Assembly (NCBI GenBank): GCA_964036045.1
Contig: OZ038378.1
Span: 54,684,001 to 54,748,000 of the forward strand
Direction: 5' to 3'
Length of the DNA stretch: 64,000 nucleotides
DNA from: Eutreptiella sp. 'Long Island Sound 2002'
Taxonomy: Eukaryota > Protista > Euglenida
In this document: piece by piece, positions 1 to 11,480 of the stretch
How positions within the stretch are numbered: the first letter of the stretch is position 1
Layout: every line of letters starts with the position of its first letter
Notes under the pieces: model-generated
What the model saw: only the letters and a program-made list of their open reading frames with translations
What the model was told of the DNA's origin: nothing
Databases searched by the model: none
Position numbers and translations under genes: made by a program

Positions 1-239
1 TTTTCACCCTTTCCAGTGCCATACTTTTGATTCCCCCTGATACCTTGTTGTATGAGACACGCACTTCATGCGTCTTTTCGCTGACCATGGCTTGTTGGGG
101 GCGGAGGGCGCGCACATAGTAACCAGGCGAAGCACATAACTGCAATACCTCAGCTCTTGGTCCGGTTTCACCGTTATTTTTCAGCGTTCATCTATTGACA
201 TCTTTGCTCTCTACAAAGTGAGAGACCACGGCTCCGTCT

Positions 240-1180
240 CAACGAGCAAAGCGAAAGCTGCCTCAACCCTGCCTTCTCGAGGATCACCAACGCTAAGTGC
301 GGGGAGCAAAAGCAGAAGTGGCTGCCTTTCCCTTGCCTTCTTGGGGGCTCAAAAGAGGGCGGAGATGCTATGTCACCCTTGCATTCTCGGGGATCCCTAA
401 CAAAGGGGAACAAAGAAAGAAGTGGTCCCCAAAAAAGGGGAACAAAATCACAGGTGGCTCCCTCACCCCTGCCATCTCGGGGGCCCAAAAGTGGGTGGGA
501 ATGCTATGCGTTCTCGGGGATCACCAACGCTACACGCAAGGAGAAAAATCAGAAATGGCCGCCTCATCCATACCTTCTCGGGGGCCCAAAAGAGGGCGGA
601 AATGCTACGCCACCCCTGCATTCTTGGGTGTCCCCAACAAACGGGAACAAAACTAGAAGTGGCTGCCTCACCCCTGCCTTCTCGCGGGCCCAAGAGAGGG
701 CAGAAATGCTATGTCACCCTTGCATTTTCGGGGAACCCCAACGCCAAGCGGGGGGAGCAAAATCGGAAGTGCCCCCCCAAAAAGGGGAACAAAATGAGAA
801 GTGGCTGCCTCACCCGTGCCTTCTCGGGGCCCAAAAAATGGGCGGAAATGCTACATAACGCCTGCATTCCCACGTATCCCCAATGCCAAGCGCGGGGAGC
901 AAAATCGGAAGTGGCCCCCTAAAAGGGGGAACAAAATGAGAAGTGGATGCCTCACCCTTGCCTTCTCGGGGGCCCAAAAATGGGCGGATATGCTACGTAA
1001 CCCCTACATTGCCGGGCATCCCCAACGCCAAGCGCGTTGAGCAAAATAAGAAGTGCCCCAAGCAAGGGGGAAAAAATTAAAAGTGGCTGCCTTACCCTTG
1101 CCTTCTCGGGGGCCCAAAAGAGGACGGAAATGCTACGTAACCCTGCGTTCTCGGGGGTCCCCGAACAGGGGTTCAAAAAG
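240..1180 (+). repeat. Satellite A array (about 103-bp core monomer, about 141-bp variant here)
   Basis: Recurring AGAAGTGGCTGCCTCACCCCTGCCTTCTCGGGGGCCCAAAAGAGGGCGGAAATGCTACGTCACCCCTGCATTCTCGGGGATCCCCAA; AGAAGTGG anchors at about 655, 797, 938, 1079. Confidence 0.93.
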
Positions 1181-1289
1181 GGCCCTCACCAGGCCAATGG
1201 AAACAAAGCCCATCACACAGGTCCTAGATAGTTTAGGGCAACCCTACAACCACCTTTCCTTAAGAGAGGGAAAAAAAAGAGGGTCTTAG

Positions 1290-1440
1290 GCAACGTCTTG
1301 GAGGGGCCCCTAAAGCTCCACAGTGGGGGGACAAAATCAAAAGTGGCCCACAAGTGGGCCCAGTGGCTCCATAACCCCTGCCGTCTAGGGGGGTCTCCGA
1401 TTGCTTCAGAGCGGGGGACAAGATCAGAAGTGGCCAACAA
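1290..1440 (+). repeat. Satellite B, short array (about 2 monomers of 84-85 bp)
   Basis: Matches the consensus GGGGGTCCCCAACGCTTCAGAGCGGGGGACAAAATCAGAAGTGGCCCACAAGTGGGCCGGGTGGCTACATAACCCCTGCCGCCTA seen at 23225-25270. Confidence 0.85.
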
Positions 1441-1444
1441 GTAA

Positions 1445-1715
1445 CCTGAAAGTTCTAAAGCCTAGTTATTTGTTTGGAGGTTCTGAAACCTAGTAAAGAC
1501 TGAAAAAATTTATTGGATTCTGAAACCTAGCAAAAACAAACACTTCTTGTTACTAGGTTTCACAACCTAGCAATTTTTTTTGGTTTTTACTAGGGTCTGA
1601 AACCTAGTAAAAAAGACTTTTTTTAATTAGGTTCCCGATACCTAGTAAAAACTAGTGAGCCTAGTAAACGGTTACCTCGCAAAAAAAAATTCAAAAATTT
1701 TTTACTATGTTTTAC
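1445..1715. repeat. AT-rich cluster of GAAACCTAG(TAA) motifs in both orientations, forming short hairpins (transposon subterminal-like)
   Basis: CTAGGTT-tcac-AACCTAG at 1553-1570; TTTTACTAGG-gtctgaaa-CCTAGTAAAA from about 1585; about 10 CCTAG/CTAGG motifs in total. Confidence 0.75.
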
Positions 1716-2299
1716 TACAGACCCGTTTATCAAGACGCATGTTGACCTGTTGACACCATCGCTCCATCAATGTGAAGACTACGGCCCCGGCTCAACATGC
1801 AAAGCGTGGTAGGGAAGTCTCACCGTTCTACTGTGGTTCAAGAGGAGGGGCGTTACTCCCTCGGCAAGAAGCAGCACAGCCCCAATACTGCCTCCGCCGC
1901 ATACCCCTTTGAAGCAAACCGACTATTCGCCCTTGAATGGATATCTTAACCGCCCATACAAACATATTGGCGGCTGTCAGAAGCGTTCCCAAGCCCACAG
2001 GGTGCCCTATCCTGAGAGCCTGGCGTATCGATACGTTTCGCGGTTCGTTGCCTCCAACTATTTGCCCCGCGTTGGATAGCTTAATTGGACATCACTCATC
2101 TTGTCATACACGAAGCAGGCGACTGGTACATCGGATTGTGCCAAATTGATGCCCCCCCCCCCCCGTGCGAAATACCATTTTTTCAAAAAAGGAGTGGTCC
2201 TGGATCTTTTGCAACGCTCTAGTAGGTGGTTCTAGCCGTGGTTTTGAAGATATTTTGACCGCTTAGGGTGCATCTTTTGACATGTATGCCCTGCACAAA

Positions 2300-4650
2300 T
2301 ACCGTATTGGGAAGCCTTTCCAGCATGGATCATTCAAAATCTAATTTTGGATTTAAAATCTTGAAGCATGTCTTTTGGAACATCCTTCCCTCCCAAAAGG
2401 GGGCATTTGTTGCTCACATCTGCCTTTTGCAACCACTTCGGTGTGATTTTCTCCAGAGGAGATATGGCGGTGAAGGATGATGGGACTGACAACCACCACA
2501 GTGATCATCAACCAGAATGGTGCCAAGCACCTGACACGTATGGCGGCGAATAATAACCAACAGTACGAGTATCACTCTCTGGCAACAAAGCAAAAATCCA
2601 TGCCAACATACTGCTGGGGTCTTGCATTCTGGCAACAGCTGCTTGAGGAGGCCATATGCCGCATCAGCACGAGCCATCTTTTTATCTGCTCGCATACATG
2701 CCTCAGTAAATGTCTGCCCATTCACCTGTGCATCAACAAGAACAGGTATTGGCAATGGTGAAAGAGAAAAGCTCAAGGACAGGCACTCAAGGATGAATAT
2801 TAGCACCAAAGCGTGTCCACCTTCTTGGGAGTCAAGATGGGGTAGGCAATCCAACAGGCCGGGCACAGCAATGAGATGATGCACTCCCAAAATCACATTC
2901 GGTCACATTTGAATACACACCCTTACAGCTGCCCTGTTGCTGCAAGTTTTTTCAGGGTATCATCAAAAAGACTTTACAGGCAGATAGGGGCTGGGATGCA
3001 AACCAACCCGGAAACACTCAGTCCCCCAGCAGCCACCTGGTCCCATCCAGGGGCCAGCATCCCTTGCCACCTTGGAGCGTTGCAAAAGGCCCAACTGGTT
3101 CTTTTGAGGTGCAAGGATCGGGAGTGGCACTGGTGCAGCCTAGTTGAGGTTGGGCGTTCACAGCAGATTGAGATCGCTTACCTCACATTGCCATGGGTGC
3201 ACAGGTGTGCATTGCATGCCGGCTGGTGTGCACAACCATTGGGAACGCCGTCTTGGCGGCTTGTGGGCATAACATTCGCCACCAAAGCAAAATCTCATCT
3301 GCAGGCTGATTCAAAATGCTAGTTACAGGTCTGAGAAAAGCCTTAAAACAAAAGACAAATCAGGTGCCAATTTTTGATGATGATTGATATTTGTTTTAAT
3401 CCATGACGATTGATGGTGATGCGTAGTGGTGATTGGACATTGCACATGGGTTGAAGCGAGATCCTACCCCCATGCCCCATCTTGGGCTGTGCACATGGCC
3501 TCTGGGGCTTGCACTCATTGAGTGCAAGTGGGTCTGAGCAGCAATGCAATGGGAGAAAGTGCGCATAAGTGGCGTTTTCATTTTCCATTGCCGCTAATGT
3601 TGCTCAGGGGTCCATCCATCCAACATCACAAGAAAGCCCTGTTTTGAGTGTTCCTACAAACTTTTGACAAATGAAAAGCACAAAATGACCCCCGTTTTTG
3701 AATGAATTTCTCAGGGTGGTGTGTCATACCCTTGCATTAAAATTTATTTGGCCATTTTGGAGCAATTTCTCATTCTGAAAATTACATGGCACTGCAGTTC
3801 TTTGGTTCGTGGCTACCTGTGGTAATCACGGCATATCGTACCTAGGTATAAAGAAAGGACATTTATTTGATGGATCATTTCGCCCAAAACAATTTAGTGT
3901 ACACATTGCTATATGCCGACTTGCATTATTTTGGGGTTGTGCCAAGCGTATTACTTCAATCTGTTGTAATGAGAACGCTCTAACGTAACACTGCAAGGAA
4001 AAGGAGCCTTTGGTTTACAAAAGGAGAAATCTCCGGACACAACAAGCCAATGACCCAACAAAGAGTGGTGAATGCCATGGAATAATTTGTGGTCAAAAAG
4101 CATGCACCGGTGTTGATTTACTACAATGCGTAGCAAAATTGCAAGCACCGCAATACATAATCTGAAATCCAATGTCCCGAATATGGTGCAAAAAATCTGC
4201 TTGCAACCCCCATGTGAGAGGCTGTTGCCAAGCATTGTCTCCACTTTTGGGTCTAGAGGGGGACATTGATAGGCACGGTCAACAACAACCGGTGAAATAG
4301 GTGTTGCCGGTGACGATCAAGACCCTGAAATTACTGAACCTATGGTTTTAGCTTCTCCTTAGGCCTTTTTAACCCAAAGGCCAAGGTAGGGTTTGCATAA
4401 TGGGCTATCATAGGTGATCCAGCCCCGGCCGCAACTCGCTGTCCGGAAATTGGAGGCTTCTGGTTGTTGTGCAGGGTATTCTTGTGGAAGACTTTGCGGC
4501 ACTTGACCCTCTCATTTGAGCAGCTCGCCGGTCTTCTTCATGTCTTGTGCTTGCTTGATAGCCTTGTGCTACGCTTCCGCCTCTAGTGTGTTCATGATTG
4601 TGACCCCCACAATCAAGCTTGGTGTACCCGACCCGTTGGTGTTCATAGCC
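2300..4650 (-). pseudogene. Degenerate hAT-like DDE transposase (Buster/ZBED5-like motifs)
   Basis: Across frameshifts on the minus strand: VLGE-DPSNKCPFFIPRY (about 3885-3830) resembles the first-D motif DE-TD-SN...RY; MDGPLSNI (about 3625) resembles the second-D motif; HFLPLHCCSDPLAL (about 3565-3525) resembles the hAT CxxH motif. Many stops; outer boundaries approximate. Confidence 0.5.
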
Positions 4651-4799
4651 ACTTTGGTTATGGAAAAGTGACTAGACTGTGGCTCAAAAGGGTCAACAAG
4701 TGGATGTTCCACGAAGGTAACAAGATGCCAAGAAGGAAGAAGCCAAGCCCAAGAAAAAAGCTGCTATAACCAAGTATCTAAGAGAATGGTTTGCAATGG

Positions 4800-6420
4800 A
4801 TCACAACCTCTTCCGATATTCTTCCAACGCGCCATGGGCTAAGGAACACCGTCGAAAGCAAGCCCACTCCGCACGGGCCTGAAACCTGCGGAAGACGCAC
4901 CGGGAGTCCAGGCGACGCAGATAGGCATCCAACAGAATCGTCCTACTATTCGCCACCACGTAGTCCTTGAGCTTCTTGCGCATGCAGAGGTGCAGGACGG
5001 TGGATGGCCAGTAGCACATTTCACACGCAAACAACGCTCCTAGCACTCCACACGGACACGCACGCCCCACCCCATCGACGTTGCGCACCACACATGCCGG
5101 CAGCTCATCCAAGGAGGTGGCCTCGGATGAAGGCCGCAGGGCTGTAGTCATAAAGTCATGTAGCAGGGGAAGGGCGCCCGGCTAGGCCATGACGGTCATG
5201 GGCCCTAGCACCGTCGATGCACTCCATGGCCGAGCGAAAATCGAGGGGGTCTCACGCCGACAAAACGTAAAAATTCGCCCCTGTGCGGAGAAGGTCCACA
5301 TCAAGGGTAGCGCCGGCCCTGTTGTTATGCAGCTCGGTTACCTGGGTCACCAGCTCCGACTGAAAACCCTCCGTGTCCTCAGTGAACACCACCCCATCAG
5401 GGCTGACCCGGGTGACAGGGGCAACGATGCGGACACTAAACGCTAGGGCACGCGACGTAGCGGACGTGATGTTCTCGCCCTCTAGGACGGCGGGCCACAC
5501 AGAGACTTTCTGACTCAAGGCCGCATCTCTGTGGGAGGTCAACTAGGCAGTCGTCTCCTTACCTTGCCGGAGCGCCCGCATGGCATCATGTAGTTGGGCG
5601 GTGTCAACCGGGGCCACAATCATGGCTGCGGCACGCGGTGATGCCCCAAACATCATAAATTGGCGGTACACACTCATGCATTCCTCCGGCGACTAGCTCC
5701 CAAGACGGGACCCGGGAGAGGAGCAAACTCAGGCCCGCCCCAATCCTGTCGCGCTAGCTGTCAAAGAGGCGACGCAAGTCAAACATGCGCCGAACGGGGT
5801 GGCGGGGGCGCACATGCTCAGGGCTGAACACCATGGAGACAAGCTGGGCAACGTGCGTGCTGAGCCTAGGTAGCTGCTGCTGCGGGCAAGATAGCGGGGT
5901 GAACCCCGCCGCCAGAGAGAACCAGTCAGACAAGGTCTCAGAAATATGCCAACCCGCGCCCACCCTGCGCATGGGCACAAAGTTGAAAGGGGATCGGTCA
6001 TCGCAGGGGCACAAGAGGAACAACAACCATGCGCCCGATTGCAGCACCTTGGATAGCCACCCCCCGCCATGGTGACGTACGGAGGCATTGAGGTCCCCTT
6101 GCAGCACTTGAATTACGGCTCGAGAGCCGCGGAGAAAGCTTGCCGCCGCAGCGCAAACCCCCCCCGGCCAGCAGGGGGGGTAAGGCTTGGGGGCAGATAA
6201 TTGGACGCCACAGCAATGCTCGTCAAGGTGCCGACACGCACCCAACGCATGCTTGGATGACCAGGTGTGGATCTCCCCCCCCCCCCATAGCGTGACAAGT
6301 AGAAGAGGACGACCGGCCCTCCGCCACGGAACGCGGTGAAAATTACCGCCCTGTACGGTAGGCGAACGAGGCACTCGAGGGGGAGGTTGACCCACACCTC
6401 CTAAAGGCATGCCACATCAG
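4800..6420 (-). mobile_element. Non-LTR (LINE-like) retrotransposon fragment: APE endonuclease, RT-proximal linker and C-terminal Cys/His region, RT core absent
   Basis: IAVASNYLPP (about 6230-6190) and VLQGDLNA (about 6105-6084) are EEP/APE endonuclease motifs; APVDTAQLHDAMRALRQGK (about 5615-5560) resembles the pre-RT linker; CPCG...CEMCYWPSTVLHLC (about 5060-4980). Confidence 0.65.
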
Positions 6421-7816
6421 GGGGGTAGTGCAGGATGTAGGATATCACCTTATCTACCTTGTGCTCTAAGCTGCAGTAATTTATACCCATGGTTACAAAA
6501 TGTGAGAAGGCATCGGCTGAGACCAGAGGGGGGGCAGGACGCGCCGCATTGTAGGCCCTCCGCAGCTCGTCTACGGCCAGCGCCGCCCCGAGGGAGGGGC
6601 AAGAGATGTCCGACGGCACACGAGCCGCCCTACGGGCCGCACAGAGAGGGAAAATGCCAAGAAGAAAGAAGGGTCCGACCTGCTCACAGCTGTGCGCCCC
6701 CATGGCTGTGCTGATGGGTAGGTACAGGGGGAAATACCAGCATAGCGACAGAGTCGTAGGGGCCGCCGAGTAGCCGCGCAGACCACAGCAACGGCGACAG
6801 GTCGGGCCATAGGTCCATTTAGACGGCTGAGACAAGGCACGGGGTTGCACCTCCCACCCCGAGCAATACAATTAGTAGAGCCCCTTCTGCCGGGGCGGGA
6901 ACGGCGAAAGCGGACCCCACGGCCCCGGCGCCCAAAGAACTAGCCCCTCACCCCCAGCAATAATGGGCACTGACGGGCACATTGCGTGCAACCGCCCGCT
7001 CTCTATATCCACTTGGGACAGCCAACGCCAGACAACAGCTATGCAGTGCGCGAGGAAGGTCCACTGCACTAACGGTCACTCAGCTAGCTCGCTTAAGCGG
7101 CTGAGAAGCATGGCACTAGCCCTGCCCTCGCATGCTATGTCGCCTCCTCTAACCGGCCGGAGCCACAAGCTCCCCGATCCACAGATGCATTGAGGCCCGG
7201 ACGCTTCACGAAACACTGTAGACAGCCCAGTCCCTAGCTGGAGGATCCATCTGCTCTACAGGTCTCTGCTCCAATTCTACATTGACCCAATCGTACTAGT
7301 TCTGCAACTTGGAGTGCAGTGTCCGGCAGACACACTGAACGTCGGGCCCCGTAGAAAGCACACTGTGGAAGACAAAGAGCTGAATGGAGGGCGAGTAGGA
7401 GGAGTGGGGGAGCACCCAGGGGCTTCACATGGACGCCCTACTGGAACCGGGGGTAGTTGGGAGGGGTGCACCAAAGCCGGGCCCCCAAGAGGTCAGAGCA
7501 GTGAAATCCTCACTAATTGGTGCAGCAGGACGTTGCTCAGGTGCCGCAGCCATCCCAAGAGGGGGAAGTAGCGGTTGCACAGAGGGGGGGGGGGGGGAGG
7601 GCGGTCCCCGCCGCGCCGCAGGGGGGGGGGTTACACATTCACGGAGACGGAGCCCGGGGGCAAAGGGCCGCTGGCAACGCGTAGGGCAGGGGTGCAGCGG
7701 TTGGGGGGGAGGGGGGGAAGAGGACGGGCGCCGGTGCGCCGACCGCGACGGCGCGGGCCGGCGGCGGGTTCTGAGGCTCCGCTTTCCTGCTCTGTTTGGA
7801 GGGCTCGCTTTAGAGG

Positions 7817-9890
7817 GTGCCATCGCCCTTGCGGGACCGCACTATGAGCCTCCCGCCTCAGGGGGTTTTTGAGGGTCGCTTTTGCCTGGCCTTGGGCAAA
7901 ATGGTGCCATGCCGGCTCGCACACGTTCAGGTACCAGATCCCTTTACTAAAAACTTCAAGACGGACATCCACACTGTCCCCGAACACCAGCTTGAGGGCG
8001 TACTTCAAAACCACGTAGTCCGAGCCCTGGGCATTGGAGAGATGAATGCGGAGCATCTAAAGATCTTCAAGCAATGTGGCACACTTGCCTGCTCTTTCCC
8101 CCAGTCACTCATCCGCAGCTAATGGGAGTGGCTCCATGCCCGCGTGTCCACCGCGCGGGGTATCACTGAAGTACCAGAGGACTTCATGGCTAGCCCCCCT
8201 CATATCCAGCAAGTCACTGCCACTGACCCGGACGAGGCGGCAACTCCCCACGAGGCGTCGGAGGACACACAAACGATGCCGTACACCGCGCAAAACATGG
8301 ACCTCAAGGTATTTTTGAAGGCAATCCAGTGAGGGTGGCAAGAGGTGGACAGCCTGCCGGCAAGGCACATGGAAACCACGCTGCCGGGCGGTATCTTGCG
8401 GAACAAGTTCCGGGAAGGGCTCTCGTCCATGTGAGATGCCCGGTTGAACGGTACCGCTAGTTTCACGATTGCAAGGGTCAAGCCCGCGAAAGGTGACCAC
8501 ACACACCAAGGGGGTGGAACATCTCGTGTGCGGATTCCAAAGTGTAGCCGAACACGCCGTGGACCCCAGACTCGGAGAAGGAGCACACTAGCCTAAGACC
8601 CCCCGCACTGGGCGGTAGCAAAACAGCCGCCGGAAGGTGCCGGATACTAACGCAACCATCGACTTGACCGGCCTTTAAGAGTCGGAAGACGAGCTGGAAG
8701 CCGAGCACGCGCAACGCCACAACCCTTCCCAAAGCGTGGAACAGTCCCCATCCCAGCGCTACATCCCGGGTTACAGTCCAGAAGGGTCCCGCCCGCTCCA
8801 CCACAACGCGTACGAAAAGGATAGGGGCGTTTGTCACACCCGGCACGCCCACTAGGACCGCTGCCACGTGCGTGCCTCTGTGCTGCCGTCACGCCAGCGA
8901 CCGAGAAATGGGTCACAAGTGCCCATCAAGGGGTCATGATCATGATGCCCTCCGACAACCATGTTTGGGGCTCAACACAGCATTGTGGCGCAGCCCGCAG
9001 CAACCCAAAAATGGGGCATGAAGTTAGCACCTAAGGGACGCCTTGCACTGGGTGAGAGAAAATGGAGTACCTTATACAAGTATAATGAGATGTCAAGTAC
9101 TCATAGCTGTGGCGAGCAAGACAGTTTTGTCACCGTGAGCATCATGCACATCTACGGGCAGAGGGCTGCCCAAAATGGGCGGTTGTGGGTCACATTTTTC
9201 GTGACCAAATATCGTTACCTTTTCTGTGACCAGGAGGGGGGGTCCGGGCCGGACCCACCCCGCTCATTTTATCTGCCCCTGCAAGGGGTACGTGTTCTAA
9301 GAGATGCTTGGCCAAATGCCGGAGGATGTGCGCAAGTTCCGGCAACGCTGTGAGACGTGCAAAACGCTCGTTGTTGCCATTACGGATGACGACCGGCCCC
9401 TTGTTGGGCGTTGGGCGGCACGGCTTTTGAAGGCCGGGTGGGCACCTCGTGAAGTGTTTGGCCACCTCTCCGGTGCATGGAGCGTGCAGTCCTCTGATGC
9501 TTAGGACATAGATACCGCTGCGCTAGTAGCACGGGGCGTTACGGAGCCCAAGCTGTTGCAAGCACTAAACAACGCCGGGTACCCCTTCAGCTACGACATG
9601 GGCCCAGCGCACCTCTACCCCCCCCCCCCCCCATATACGCAGCGACCAGCCGGCTGGTCTCTCTTGGGTTTTGGATGCCCGAAGCCATGCCGCAGGTGTC
9701 CATGTCTGGCACATGTGCATCGACGAAGTCAAAGTGGAGGACATTATCAACGTCTCCCGCGAGGCACACGCGGTGGGATTGTGGGCCACGGGTTACTGGC
9801 ACCCCATGCCATTGGCTAATAGCGACAATGTGGAGGCTTTCGCACAGCGGCTGGAGCAGGACCTAGGGTTGCACCATGCCGTTGACTAGG
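7817..9890 (+). pseudogene. Degenerate coding tract with Ty3/gypsy-like gag, retropepsin-like and integrase H2C2-like motifs
   Basis: Same frame 7817-8590 with isolated stops, containing ILRNKFREGL (about 8395-8421); LCCRHASDREMGHKCP (8878-8925) resembles the gypsy knuckle LCxxC...GHxC; GAQHSIV (about 8968); HPAH-x27-CETC with MPEDVRKF (9256-9360); no RT motif seen. Confidence 0.45.
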
Positions 9891-10139
9891 CAACGATGGT
9901 CTTTCTCCCTACCCATGCAGAGCAGGGCTCCTATGCCGTCCTTGTGATCTGATGAAACGGATGTCCCACATAGTGGGGGGGCTATCTTTTGGTGTGCTGC
10001 ACGAGCTACACAACCATTGTGACGACCCGAAGGCTGTTTTAGCCAGCGGCGCCATACCACAAACAACCAGTTAAGCCCGCATTTGACCTCTTGAACTCGA
10101 TGGCTCTAGTACGATAGCCCTTGGAGGCCTTAACATGAC

Positions 10140-11480
10140 GCCACATCTAGCCCATGTTGCTCACAATGGCGTTGCTTTAGGTACGCCACGTCACATATTC
10201 ATTATGGTGGATTACAACACAGAGCTGCCCAATGGTACCACTAGAGGACAACACCAAGCTGGATATATCATTTACCTCATCTAGCTTCGGTGCCAACCTT
10301 TCCAAGATTGCCGTTACTTGCATTTTTTTCGCATAGTTCACGCTTTCCTCGTGATAGCCGCCTTTCTCCGATGGTTGGCCAGCATCAGGCATCGACAAAA
10401 AAAATTCCCACCTGTGTGTGTGGCAACCACAAGGATGAGGGCGGCTCTTGCCTGGTGCAGACAATAGTGATCCACTGCAACTGTTCCGTGGCCGAGCGGG
10501 CTGTACGGTTTTCGGCTGCAACGGTTGTAGCAGCAATCTAGAGCCGCAACCCCACTTGGCACTAGAAACGGTCTCGCTATTCTTTCATTGACTGTGTGCG
10601 GCTTCGCCGCTACACGGCTGACATGGACATCACGCACGTCGACCAGCCCTTGGTGTGCTAACGTACTGCCGACAAGGCTTTGGCCGTGGTCCCTTTGTGG
10701 TGGCCCGGTGCGGCGTACCGTGACCCAACAAAACACAATTTTTTACAACCATTGGTGGAGGGCCTTGTGCATGTTGACCCAGAGGACCATGTGTGATAGC
10801 CGGTAGTAGCCTTACCATGCGGCCACATCTATCCCATGCAGCTCACGATGGCGTTGCTTTGGGTATGGCGCTTCAGATATTCATGAGGGGGGTTTGAAAC
10901 ATAGAGCTACCACCAACAGCAGCACCAGCAGACATTACCGAAGTTGGATTCATCATTTACCTCATCCAGCTTCGGTGTCAACCGTTCCTGGATTGCTGGT
11001 AATTGCATTTTGTTCGCACAGTCCACAATTTCCTCGTGATAGCCGCCTTTCTCCAATGGTTGGCGAGCAACGGGCGTGGGCCAAAGAAATTTGTGACTTG
11101 TCTGCATGGCAACGAGAGGGATGAGCACGCCCTTTGCCTGGTGCGGACATTAGTGATCAGCTACAACGACTCGACGGTTGAGCTTGCGCTACGGTTGTCG
11201 GCTGCAACAATTGTAGCAGCAATCTCCAACCGCCACCCCACATGGCACCATAAGCGGGCTCACTATTCTTCCATTGACCGTGTGCGGCTACTGCACTACA
11301 CGGCGGGCATGGATATCAGGCACGTCCACCTGCCCTCGTTTTGCTAGCGCACTAGCAACAAGGCTTTGGCCGTGGTCCATCTCTGGTGGCCCAGTGCTGC
11401 GTACCCTGGCTCCATGAAACACAATTTTTCCGAACCATTGGTGGAGGGCCTTTGGCATGTTGACCCGGAGGACCACGCGT
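10140..11480 (+). repeat. Diverged tandem duplication, period about 682 bp, with conserved plus-strand coding potential
   Basis: CCACATCTAGCCCATG at 10141 and CCACATCTATCCCATG at 10823; both copies translate to ...SAAT(V/I)VAAI..R.PTWH.KR...KALAVV.LWWP.AAY...KHNF..PLVEGL.HVDPEDH. Confidence 0.85.

Noticed and set aside
192-1289. Overlapping ORFs of 60-166 aa as protein-coding genes
   Set aside because: They run through satellite A in several frames; the periodic peptides are a by-product of the DNA repeat. The same holds for ORFs in satellites B, C, D, G and the MITE body.
7631-8509. Minus-strand ORFs as LINE ORF1
   Set aside because: They overlap the plus-strand gag-like frame, which has recognisable motifs; probably its antisense shadow, though not excluded.
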